From a virus: 64,000 nucleotides of DNA. Numbering within the stretch: position 1 is the stretch's first letter; each line of letters begins with the position of its first letter. A model generated the notes under the pieces. That model was not told the DNA's origin, made no database searches, and saw nothing but the letters and a program-made list of their open reading frames with translations. The DNA lies in the IMG/VR virus record IMGVR_UViG_3300044629_000431, positions 82,478-146,477 of that record; one strand, written 5' to 3'. Both the position numbers and the translations under genes were made by a program. This document shows, piece by piece, positions 9,985-18,706 of the stretch.

Positions 9985-10634
9985 TTTTGTATTGAAAATG
10001 TATATGGTCCTGATTTGAATTTTGATGGAACAAAATTCATAGAGATAGAGACTCTTCCATTACCGATATTTATATCATACCCATGATCTAAATGAGATGA
10101 CCAAAGAACCAAATCACCTTCTTCAATAAAGTCACAAACTATTTCTTTTTGATTGAATGCTGTTGTTTCCGCGATGTTCAAATCAAAAAATGGTTCTACG
10201 TGAAGATTAAGAAATGGATTCAAGAATATAAGTGTAGAATGAATAGATGGAATATAGTTTACATAATAAGTTGCAGATACAAATGAGTTTCCGTGACTAT
10301 GAAATCTTTGAAACCCATTTTTATAGCAAGTGTTTATCCAGCAGTCAGTAATAATCAAATCATCCTCAAGGTCATATCCCATCACCCCCCTCACAAATCC
10401 ATATGAAGACTCAAGCAAAAACTCTTTAAAGTCTTCATCATTGATATAATCAAAGAAACCTTTTTCTAGTTCGGAAGAATTAAAGAAATGTTTAAGTTCT
10501 GGAGAAGTAATACCATCAACTTCTAGTTCTTTATTTTCTTTAATAAAGTCTAGAATTTTATCTTTAAACTCATTACGCTTTGGATATTGTACCTTTGCAA
10601 TAGGAACTGGAAATAAAGGATATACGCCTAGCAT
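9981..10634 (-). CDS. Putative 2OG-Fe(II) oxygenase (TIGR02466-like)
   Basis: LFPVPI...WIN...HSHGNSFVSATYY...EGDLVLWSSHLDH...RVSISMN. Confidence 0.85.
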   Translation of the reverse strand: MLGVYPLFPVPIAKVQYPKRNEFKDKILDFIKENKELEVDGITSPELKHFFNSSELEKGFFDYINDEDFKEFLLESSYGFVRGVMGYDLEDDLIITDCWINTCYKNGFQRFHSHGNSFVSATYYVNYIPSIHSTLIFLNPFLNLHVEPFFDLNIAETTAFNQKEIVCDFIEEGDLVLWSSHLDHGYDINIGNGRVSISMNFVPSKFKSGPYTFSIQK

Positions 10635-10648
10635 ACTTTAAAAAGATA

Positions 10649-10677
10649 ATACCAGTACTATAAACTAGCACTGGTAT
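10649..10677 (-). terminator. 12-bp hairpin between the large fibre gene and the enzyme operon (weak terminator or attenuator)
   Basis: ATACCAGTGCTA-GTTTA-TAGTACTGGTAT followed by TATCTTTT. Confidence 0.5.
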
Positions 10678-10681
10678 TTTG

Positions 10682-13600
10682 TCAACCTATTTTCTTTTCC
10701 AGAGCATCTACCTTAGCAGAGAGTTCCTTGATAGCTTCGATAAGCAGAGGAACAATCTTCTCATACTGAACAGTGATGTAGTCTCCACTTACAGGTGCTG
10801 GTTTGACTGCCTCAGGAAGAACTGCCTGAACTTGTTGTGCAGAAACACCAACGTGAGTTTCTTCAGTATTAAAACCAAGTGAACCAGCGGTTTCATTGAA
10901 TGTATAAGTGAAACCACTTAACTGAAGAACTTTATCGAGTGCATTCTCAAGAGGTTGAATGTTTGTCTTGAGTCTTTCGTCAGAAACGAAAGCAATGACA
11001 TCACCAGTTGCACTGAACTCACCAGTGACTCTAGCACCATCAGAACGGGTATTGATTCTAACTGTGTTGTCATGATAGAGGTTGATTGCACCATCAGCGA
11101 CGGCATCAATCATGCTTTCGCCAGTATACTTCTGAATGTATACTCCACCATTTCCACGAATGAATAGTGAACCAGTTCCTCTATCATCAATATAACTGTT
11201 CGAACCATCATGGAATAGATCAAGGTCATCACTATCACCAAGATACAGGTGATCGTTATCACCAAATCTTATGGTTCCATTAGCAGTAATATTTCCAGTA
11301 ATCGTTGCAACTCCAGCAACGTTGAGGTTTCCACAGATATTCAGATTCTTAGCAATACCTGCACCACCAGCAACAACTAAGGCACCAGTCGTGCAACTGG
11401 TAGACTCGGTGGTTCCAGCAATAGTTTGAACGCCACCAATGTTCAGGTTCTTCTCAACACCTAGACCACCTTCAAGAACCAGAGAACCAGTATCCTTGCT
11501 TGTTGATTGTGTTGTTCCATTTACTGTGACATCACCACCAACATTCAGGTTCTTTTCAATACCAACACCACCATCAACAATCAGAGCTCCAGTGTCTTTG
11601 TTTGTTGATTGAGTTGTATTTGTAATTTCTACAGTATTGTTAACTTTCAGAGCACCATTGATTTGAACATCATCATTCATCTTCAACTCTTGGTTGAAGG
11701 TGACAGGACCATCAAACTGTGAAAGAATCTGACCAGAGTTTCCACCTTCAACAAGAATTCTTTCCTTGACAATAACTTCATCAAATACAACAGAAAGACG
11801 TGAAGGATCTTGTCCAGTTATGGTTGGAACTGGAATATCAAAAGTAATTTGCTCACCAGACTGTGCAGAATACTTGGTATTTCCAATAAAGAAGTCGCCA
11901 TCGCTGTTCATACCAGTGTAAATAACAGAACCGCAAGAACTTTCTTGAGACTGAGCAAGGAAGTCTTCTCTTTCAGTCAGAGTTCTGTTCTGAACCTGTG
12001 GTAGACCAGTTGAGTAGTTACCTGGTCCATATCCCATATATTCAAAAGTATGACCAGATGCACGAACAATCGATGGTCTACGAAGTTCAATAGGTACGGG
12101 TTTGATCTTGCGAATCATAGACCCTGAAGTATGGTTCTCTTTCAGAGTACCCATCGCTCCACGAATGACCTGGATTTCATCGTTTCCAGAACCAGACAGC
12201 GTGCTGCTGGTGATTCTCATAATCTCATTATTGATTTGAATATAAGAACCAAGTGGGAATCTTCTTGTGGTTCCAATACCAGCATTTGGTACGCTTACCT
12301 TGAACTGAGTATCATTTGTAATAGTTTGTCCAAGAGTCAGAACTTCATTCTGATAGAGAGAAACACCTCTAGTTCCAAGATTTTCACCAAGTGAATCTGA
12401 TGTTGCTTCGTTTGCAGAAAGTGCGTGCTTTAAGAGTTTTACTGAAGCAGGAATACTCTTTCTCGTTTTGGATGTGAATGATGTTGGTGAAATAAGTTCA
12501 TTAACAACAAAGTCTCCAAGATTATTATGAGAAGAGTCAAGAACTCTAAACTTATTACCTGCTACAAGACCGTGAGGAGTTCCACAAACAAAAGTCGAAA
12601 TACCCGTTGCTGAATCGTAAGATGGAGCAGAGCTAACATTGATTGAAGGGGCAATGTTAACGAAGTACTGACCTACAACAATACTTGGATCTCCAGAAGT
12701 TTGACCAACGGCAATTTGATTCTTAGCAGGAATATCAAGAACTCTATAGTATCCATCTGTGACTGTACCAAGTCCAGTAAACTGAACTGAGTTTCCAATA
12801 GATGTTGAAATACCAGAAGTTGCAATGGTAATAGCAGCACTTGGAGAACCACCAATTTGGTTGCTATCAAGATATAGTGTTTCACCAGTGGTGTATCCGG
12901 AACCACCAGTAATAATATCTAAGGAAGTAACTGAACCACCAGCAGATACAACTACCTTTGCAGTTGCACCATCCCAGTTTGTAAGAGTATTTTCATTATA
13001 AAGTTTGACGTTATAGTAGGTTCCTGGATTATGACCAGTTCCAGCAGTCAATGCATTGTAAGTTACAACACCATTCAGTTGATGCTCTCTGTTAAAGGTA
13101 ACAGTGGTAATACCAGAAGAGGAGGTTGTGATGCCAGTTACAATTGGACTTAAACCAAAGTAATGGAAGAACTTATCAACTGTTTCTCTAGTGATACTCT
13201 TTCTCAGATCGTTAGTTACGGTCTTACCAAGAGGATCTCTGTAGGCAAAAGTGACCGATGCCGCAGGGTTCTCATTTACATTATCCTTATCCAACTGAGG
13301 ATAAAGATCGACAACACTCTGAGAATACTTAAGGTTGGTAAACTCAGTTTGAATTGCATTAGAAGAGTTTAACAGATAAACGTGATATACACCATCTTGT
13401 GTATTGTAGATGTATGGTGTGATAACCTCACTTCTGTAAACAAAGAAGTTTCCTTTCAGGTCGTTTCTTTCAAAGCGAGGAAGTGAAACCGTTCTGTTAT
13501 TTGTATTATTAGTAAATGCACCTGGAGTATGAACGGTTCCGAAGATGTCTGTTGCACTGTATCTGAATGACTTATCATTAACAATTTCAGTAATTAGGAA

Positions 13601-16297
13601 TGTACCATTGTATCCAATGTTAATGGTTCCAGAAGTATTCGTAGTGCTGGTAACATTCTTAATGATAACTTGATCACCCGCTTTAAGATTGTGTGGGAGA
13701 TCAGAAGTAACAGTTACAATACTTGTTACAGCATTGAACGTACAAGTGCTAATGAATCTTGGATTACGCTCAAACAGATAGTCAGCTGCGGTAATACTTG
13801 AGAGTGAGAAGTCTGCATCACTTCTTGCACCTGTTGTGCTTGATTCTTGAATGATGAATCCTTCATTAGGATCTCTACCATTTACAAGTTCTTTTGGAAC
13901 AACAATACGAACTTTGTAAAGTTTTTCATCCAGACTTCTATTATCTTCAAAGCGTTTGAAGTAAGAAACTGCTGTTCTTTCTGTCAGTCCCGCTATGCCA
14001 AGTGTATTGATAGTAGTGTAAATATCATTATTCGTATTTGCATGAACATACCAACCAGAGTTTACCGAGTCCCATTGAATTGGTGAACCAATTTCACTAG
14101 CAGACTTATCAGATACTCTACTTACAACTTTGAGTTGCACACCACCATAAATGGTAATTGGTTGTGGAGTTGCTGCTTCTGCATTTGTTTTGGAAGAAGC
14201 AATTTTAATTTGAGTTGACGAATGACGAATTGCATAATAGATAACGTTTTCTTCCAAGTTTTCTGGAAGATCACCAGCATCACTAATGACTCTAATTTTT
14301 TCACCAGTTTGAATAGTATGACTTCCTAGAGTTAGAATATTAGAACCAGATGATGTTGCACTGTATACTTTTTCAGATGACCAAGTTCCAAGAGCAATAG
14401 TTGTTCCCGAACCAATGATATTATCAAGCATTAAAATGCTTGCACTCTTTGTTCCTGATGGAGTTTCTAAGTAGAGAGTATCATTAACTCTTGCACCAAC
14501 ACGATATCCTTGTGTGATAACTGGTGGTTCAATGTCTGGGTTATTGAAACCATACAGATAAAGATGACTTGAGATACCAACTTGCTTAACTTTGTTTACG
14601 TCAAAAGAAATCCAGTCAATATTTTGTTCTTCATTAACAACTGCTCTTGGCGTAACAATCGATGTAATGAATGCTTTATTGTCTTTATCAAAGGCTTCTT
14701 TTTTGAAACCGTCTGCAGATAGTGAGAACTGACCAAAGTTAGAGTTTGAGTTGGTGATAGAGGCATCACCACCAGACTCTACAGCAAAGTGCTTGTTGAA
14801 ACCGATTGCGAATACAGAAACAACCTGAATAAATGAATCATTTGTTGTTTTGATGTGAACTGGTTGCCAACCGTGTCTGTAAATTGCACCAGAATCAAGG
14901 TGATAAACTGTTGCAATATTTGTTGAAGATGAACCAGCAGAAAGTGCTGCTCCAGTTACTTTAGTATAAGAAATTGAGTCATATACTCTATTTGACTCAT
15001 TATATTTTACGAATGCACGGTCGTCTTTTTGCAGAGACACAGCGGTGAACTGTGCAACAACCATCGAACGGAAACCTGATGCTTTGCTACCATCAGCGTG
15101 CATACCTTGCATACCCCACACGGAGCGTAGCGAGATATTGAAGATATATGGAGATGCACCTGAAACCGTATCTGTTTCAATGGTTACTGTTGCTGAAGAA
15201 CCACTCAGTCCAGCAGCAGGACCTGCAGGTAGATTATCTCTTACGAAAGGAAGAACATAAGTAAACTGAGTTGCACTTGTAACTACCTGAACTTTTGTAG
15301 AGATATTATAGTCATCTACGTTGACTCCACGAATTTTAATTGGAGTTCCAGCAGTCAGTCCATGAGCGACTGTTGTTGTGACTGTTACAATTGAACCAGG
15401 AGTTGCACCATCACCAGAAATGATGGAGCTCATATTAATTGGGTCTGATGCAAAAGCACCAACGATTTCCCACTCAGGACGTTGCTTGGCGAAACCTAAA
15501 GTTTGATCTGGATATTTTTGATCAATATCTCTACCAGATGCCAGATTAAAGGCATTCGATAGTTTACTATAATACATATCAAGATCGGTCAATCCATATC
15601 CAGTAGGAAGATTGACACCATCACAATATTCAAAACAGGTTAGTTTATGGTGAGAGAATGTTGGTTTTGCCTGATTATTTGAAGAAAAATCGGCAGCATC
15701 AGTATAGACTAGTGTGTTTTCATCACCATCAAAGATAGAAAACTGCCAGAAATAGCAAGCGCCAGTAATTCTAAAGATGGCAGAGTTTGCTAGAAGATCG
15801 TCTGTTGGGTTAGGAACATATCTTGGACGAATCTTGGTCTTTCTTAAGTCTAGACCAACGATCGAAGTTCCACGAGGTACAACAACACCACCGTAGACAC
15901 TATTAAACTTATAAAGAATATTTTCCGACTGAGTTAAATCAAAATTACTGGTTAAGGTTAAACTTAACTCATTTTGAGCGACTGATTCTGCACCAGAAGG
16001 AGATACTGCAGTTGCAACTCCACCAACACTCTTAATTGCATAACCAGGTCTGTTATCAATAAGGTGCTCACCTGGAAAGAGCAAAATTGTGGTTTTCTCA
16101 ACAATATCGTTATTATCCCCTCTTAAATACGAAAATCTAGCAGATTCAAGCAGTGCTCTCTGAATCGTTTTAAAAGGTTTTGTTAAAGAGTTACCCTGAT
16201 TTTCAATACTATCCGTTGCATCAAGGTCATTAGGGTTTACATAAAGAATGCGACCTTCAGTATTCCTAATAAAATTTTCTAGCTTATTCAGTGGCAT
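10682..16297 (-). CDS. Large tail fibre / virion structural protein with C-terminal peptidase S74 chaperone domain
   Basis: 1871 aa; KPFKTIQRAL N-terminus; 3x TT(Q/E)ST..TG repeats; SDERLKTNI...QYEKIVPLLIEAIKEL. Confidence 0.85.
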   Translation of the reverse strand: MPLNKLENFIRNTEGRILYVNPNDLDATDSIENQGNSLTKPFKTIQRALLESARFSYLRGDNNDIVEKTTILLFPGEHLIDNRPGYAIKSVGGVATAVSPSGAESVAQNELSLTLTSNFDLTQSENILYKFNSVYGGVVVPRGTSIVGLDLRKTKIRPRYVPNPTDDLLANSAIFRITGACYFWQFSIFDGDENTLVYTDAADFSSNNQAKPTFSHHKLTCFEYCDGVNLPTGYGLTDLDMYYSKLSNAFNLASGRDIDQKYPDQTLGFAKQRPEWEIVGAFASDPINMSSIISGDGATPGSIVTVTTTVAHGLTAGTPIKIRGVNVDDYNISTKVQVVTSATQFTYVLPFVRDNLPAGPAAGLSGSSATVTIETDTVSGASPYIFNISLRSVWGMQGMHADGSKASGFRSMVVAQFTAVSLQKDDRAFVKYNESNRVYDSISYTKVTGAALSAGSSSTNIATVYHLDSGAIYRHGWQPVHIKTTNDSFIQVVSVFAIGFNKHFAVESGGDASITNSNSNFGQFSLSADGFKKEAFDKDNKAFITSIVTPRAVVNEEQNIDWISFDVNKVKQVGISSHLYLYGFNNPDIEPPVITQGYRVGARVNDTLYLETPSGTKSASILMLDNIIGSGTTIALGTWSSEKVYSATSSGSNILTLGSHTIQTGEKIRVISDAGDLPENLEENVIYYAIRHSSTQIKIASSKTNAEAATPQPITIYGGVQLKVVSRVSDKSASEIGSPIQWDSVNSGWYVHANTNNDIYTTINTLGIAGLTERTAVSYFKRFEDNRSLDEKLYKVRIVVPKELVNGRDPNEGFIIQESSTTGARSDADFSLSSITAADYLFERNPRFISTCTFNAVTSIVTVTSDLPHNLKAGDQVIIKNVTSTTNTSGTINIGYNGTFLITEIVNDKSFRYSATDIFGTVHTPGAFTNNTNNRTVSLPRFERNDLKGNFFVYRSEVITPYIYNTQDGVYHVYLLNSSNAIQTEFTNLKYSQSVVDLYPQLDKDNVNENPAASVTFAYRDPLGKTVTNDLRKSITRETVDKFFHYFGLSPIVTGITTSSSGITTVTFNREHQLNGVVTYNALTAGTGHNPGTYYNVKLYNENTLTNWDGATAKVVVSAGGSVTSLDIITGGSGYTTGETLYLDSNQIGGSPSAAITIATSGISTSIGNSVQFTGLGTVTDGYYRVLDIPAKNQIAVGQTSGDPSIVVGQYFVNIAPSINVSSAPSYDSATGISTFVCGTPHGLVAGNKFRVLDSSHNNLGDFVVNELISPTSFTSKTRKSIPASVKLLKHALSANEATSDSLGENLGTRGVSLYQNEVLTLGQTITNDTQFKVSVPNAGIGTTRRFPLGSYIQINNEIMRITSSTLSGSGNDEIQVIRGAMGTLKENHTSGSMIRKIKPVPIELRRPSIVRASGHTFEYMGYGPGNYSTGLPQVQNRTLTEREDFLAQSQESSCGSVIYTGMNSDGDFFIGNTKYSAQSGEQITFDIPVPTITGQDPSRLSVVFDEVIVKERILVEGGNSGQILSQFDGPVTFNQELKMNDDVQINGALKVNNTVEITNTTQSTNKDTGALIVDGGVGIEKNLNVGGDVTVNGTTQSTSKDTGSLVLEGGLGVEKNLNIGGVQTIAGTTESTSCTTGALVVAGGAGIAKNLNICGNLNVAGVATITGNITANGTIRFGDNDHLYLGDSDDLDLFHDGSNSYIDDRGTGSLFIRGNGGVYIQKYTGESMIDAVADGAINLYHDNTVRINTRSDGARVTGEFSATGDVIAFVSDERLKTNIQPLENALDKVLQLSGFTYTFNETAGSLGFNTEETHVGVSAQQVQAVLPEAVKPAPVSGDYITVQYEKIVPLLIEAIKELSAKVDALEKKIG

Positions 16298-16333
16298 TTT
16301 ATGATATTTCTTTTGAGGTTTATATGCCTTTAT

Positions 16334-16636
16334 TTATCCCATTAAATCCTCCTCATCATATTCAATAACATCATCTGGCATATCTTCAGGGTTCTCTAAC
16401 TCAACTGGAAAGAAGCAAGGATGCACCTCTTCATCTATTAGGTAGAATGAATTTCTGTATAGGTCTTCTGGTTCAAAAGATCTTTCTTTGTCTGCTGCTC
16501 TACAAAGATCTTGGTCGTATAAATGACCGTCAGGAAGTTCGTCAAATGTAAATGGAATGTGATTGATAAAGTACATCTTCACGATCATACTGCCATTATT
16601 GTACCAGCAGTATGCGTGATCGATACGATAAGACAT
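16334..16636 (-). CDS. Conserved cyanophage hypothetical protein
   Basis: 100-aa acidic ORF with upstream late promoter ATAAATA. Confidence 0.7.
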   Translation of the reverse strand: MSYRIDHAYCWYNNGSMIVKMYFINHIPFTFDELPDGHLYDQDLCRAADKERSFEPEDLYRNSFYLIDEEVHPCFFPVELENPEDMPDDVIEYDEEDLMG

Positions 16637-16668
16637 AGGAAACTTCCCATATCTTATATTTATTTTTA

Positions 16669-16752
16669 TAGGGCGAGCGGGAATCGAACCCGCACGGGAA
16701 TACTCCCAGCAGATTTTAAGTCTGATACGGCTACCAGTTACGTCACCGCCCC
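16669..16752 (-). tRNA. trnL: tRNA-Leu(UAA)
   Basis: Cloverleaf with long variable arm; anticodon loop CT-TAA-AA; GGTTCGATTCC T-arm. Confidence 0.92.
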
Positions 16753-16764
16753 ATTTATGAGACC

Positions 16765-16793
16765 ATTATAACTCAGAAAGTCTTTATGGTCAA
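16765..16793 (-). promoter_or_regulatory. sigma70-type promoter for tRNA-Leu
   Basis: TTGACC-N17-TATAAT. Confidence 0.8.
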
Positions 16794-16797
16794 GAAT

Positions 16798-16875
16798 GCC
16801 GTGTGTTTGTGAGACTAAATCAAAACCGTTTGATAGATGCCCCACTGGATTCTATCATAAGTTTTGAACCACGGC
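16798..16875 (-). ncRNA. Unassigned structured ~78-nt RNA element immediately 3' of tRNA-CAU
   Basis: Nested stems GCCGTG/CACGGC, TCAAAAC/GTTTTGA, TGATAGA/TCTATCA. Confidence 0.5.
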
Positions 16876-16878
16876 AAG

Positions 16879-16951
16879 TGCTGGTTGTCGGGATCGAACC
16901 GACCTGTCTTGCCTTATGAGGGCAGTGCTTTCTCCAGAGAGCTAAACCAGC
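16879..16951 (-). tRNA. tRNA with CAU anticodon (Met or Ile2)
   Basis: GCTGGTT/AACCAGC acceptor stem; CT-CAT-AA loop; GGTTCGATCCC T-arm. Confidence 0.88.
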
Positions 16952-17362
16952 GTTTGCAGAAATTCTTTCCAACTATCACCATAGTGTATCATATGATGGC
17001 AGTTGTGGCAAAGAAGATCGCATTTATCAACTTCTTCTTTGATAAGTTCCCATTTTCTATTTGCGAAACTTCTCCCGTCAAGTTTTAGTTTTTTTTTGGG
17101 AAGGATCTCTATGGTGAAAACATAAAGTTGCTGGATTATCTTCACCACATTTTTGACACTTACCACCTTTATATTGAAGTGCCTCCCATTTATTGGAATA
17201 TGCACGTTCTTTTTGTTCAGTATAAGTGTTTCTGTTCATAACAAAAGGATCATTTTTATAACGCCACTTTTGACGGCAGGTTTCATTACAATAAAGTTTT
17301 GCTCTTCCACCTTTTCTTGTGTGTTGTAGAACTTCTTTCCCACACGCTTTACAATTAATCAT
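16942..17362 (-). pseudogene. HNH (homing) endonuclease split by a frameshift in an A9 run
   Basis: Frame 1: CKACG...C.KCG...FHHRDPSQKK; frame 2: KLKLD...KCDLLCHNCHHMIH. Removing one A from 17089-17097 fuses the two frames. Confidence 0.75.
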
Positions 17363-17409
17363 TTATGTTATGAACTTATACATACACCTATTTAGATAAA
17401 GGCGTATTT

Positions 17410-17490
17410 TGGGCGAGGGTGTCTGACCACGATAATCTACGATTCAGCAGAGGGGACCCTTCGTTTAATACAACGTTCCTTGTTGTACCC
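17410..17490 (-). ncRNA. Unassigned structured ~81-nt RNA element immediately 3' of tRNA-Ile
   Basis: Stems GGG/CCC, TACAAC/GTTGTA, CGA(A)GGGT/ACCCTCG, TCTG/CAGA. Confidence 0.45.
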
Positions 17491-17492
17491 GA

Positions 17493-17564
17493 TAGGAACA
17501 CTGGGAGTTGAACCCAGACTAACCCGTTATAAGCAGGCCGCTCTAACCATTAAGCTATGCTCCC
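17493..17564 (-). tRNA. trnI: tRNA-Ile(UAU)
   Basis: GGGAGCA/TGTTCCT acceptor; anticodon loop CT-TAT-AA; GGTTCAACTCC T-arm. Confidence 0.9.
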
Positions 17565-17571
17565 TTACGGT

Positions 17572-17745
17572 TTATGATGCCTCGTTGTTTAACTCGGTGT
17601 GTATTCGTATGAGGTCATCATCCGCAGGTATCATAACTGCTACTCTACCGTCTTCGCCCACTATTCCTAAATGCTCTCCGTTTTCTACCCTTTCAATCAG
17701 TTCGTCAAAACGTTCTTGAAACTCTGCCACAGTGAAAACTTCCAT
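17572..17745 (-). CDS. Phd/YefM antitoxin-like small protein (57 aa)
   Basis: Hand-translated MEVFTVAEFQERFDELIERVENGEHLGIVGEDGRVAVMIPADD..., which fits the Phd/YefM N-terminal pattern. Confidence 0.65.
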   Translation of the reverse strand: MEVFTVAEFQERFDELIERVENGEHLGIVGEDGRVAVMIPADDDLIRIHTELNNEAS

Positions 17746-17759
17746 TTTTGTGTTTTTAT

Positions 17760-17969
17760 TTAGTTGTTCTCCTGACCTTTGATAGCGAGGTCAGCATACT
17801 CAATCTGATCTGGGTCAAGTTGGTCGGTGACAACTTCCAGCACGTTCATAAACTCTTCTACAGTCTCACACTCAACCAGACGCTCGCTTCCCTGATCACT
17901 AATCAGAAGGAAGGTGCGAGTGCAAACGTCGATGACAATACCGAGAACAGTTTCTTGTGCGGTGCTCAT
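17760..17969 (-). CDS. Conserved cyanophage hypothetical protein
   Basis: 69-aa ORF directly downstream of a consensus promoter. Confidence 0.7.
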   Translation of the reverse strand: MSTAQETVLGIVIDVCTRTFLLISDQGSERLVECETVEEFMNVLEVVTDQLDPDQIEYADLAIKGQENN

Positions 17970-17994
17970 GGGTGGTTTTGTTGATTACCTGAGT

Positions 17995-18023
17995 ATTATA
18001 GGGCAGATGGGGGCGGGTGTCAA
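17995..18023 (-). promoter_or_regulatory. Consensus sigma70 (early) promoter for the small-ORF/tRNA operon
   Basis: TTGACA-N17-TATAAT, perfect consensus. Confidence 0.9.
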
Positions 18024-18706
18024 GCGGTTGGTGAAGTATCTTTAATAGCCTGTATTGCTATGCTGATTTGAGTATTCTTATCGGTCAAAAGTCTAGTGGT
18101 TTTATTTTGTCCGTATCTTGCAATTTCATATTCAGATCGTTCACCTTTTACAGCATTTGTTTTTGTAACTAGATTTGTTACTTGAGATTGCAATGCTGAT
18201 ATTTGACTTTGTAATGTTGTTATAGAAGAAGCGTGTGAAACACAGACAGAAGATGTACAAGGTGTTCTAAAACAACTTCCTATAGTACCAAATAGGCTTC
18301 CAATGCCAGTTTGAGATGTATCAGACTGTGTATAAACGACAAAAGAACCTATACCAACATTTGATGCTGTTAAAGTATTGTTTGTATTTCCATAAGGATC
18401 ATTGCCATCATAGGTTGAAGTGGAATAGTTTGGAGTTTTTGCAACGATACTATCTGGGAAAATATTTGTTACTCCTACCGTAGTTCCACATCCAACTGCA
18501 AATGCATTTGTTGATAAGACAACAATTTGTGACTTTAGACTATTAATTTGTGAAACCAAAGACACAATATCACTATCCAACTTTACACAAGTGGGACTGA
18601 ACATCTCAATATCTGCCTGAGTCTTCGGCGTTTCTTGTGCCACATAACCAAGAGCATTTTCATTATTTTTAATTTTATTTTGAAGGTTATCAATTAACTG
18701 ACTCAT
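18020..18706 (-). CDS. Hypothetical virion protein (coiled-coil)
   Basis: 228 aa with heptad repeats; last gene of the baseplate hub operon. Confidence 0.65.
   Translation of the reverse strand: MSQLIDNLQNKIKNNENALGYVAQETPKTQADIEMFSPTCVKLDSDIVSLVSQINSLKSQIVVLSTNAFAVGCGTTVGVTNIFPDSIVAKTPNYSTSTYDGNDPYGNTNNTLTASNVGIGSFVVYTQSDTSQTGIGSLFGTIGSCFRTPCTSSVCVSHASSITTLQSQISALQSQVTNLVTKTNAVKGERSEYEIARYGQNKTTRLLTDKNTQISIAIQAIKDTSPTA

Noticed and set aside
16523-17719. Plus-strand ORFs over the tRNA cluster (16523..16771, 16864..17088, 17480..17719)
   Set aside because: They overlap tRNAs or minus-strand genes on the opposite strand; no coding signal
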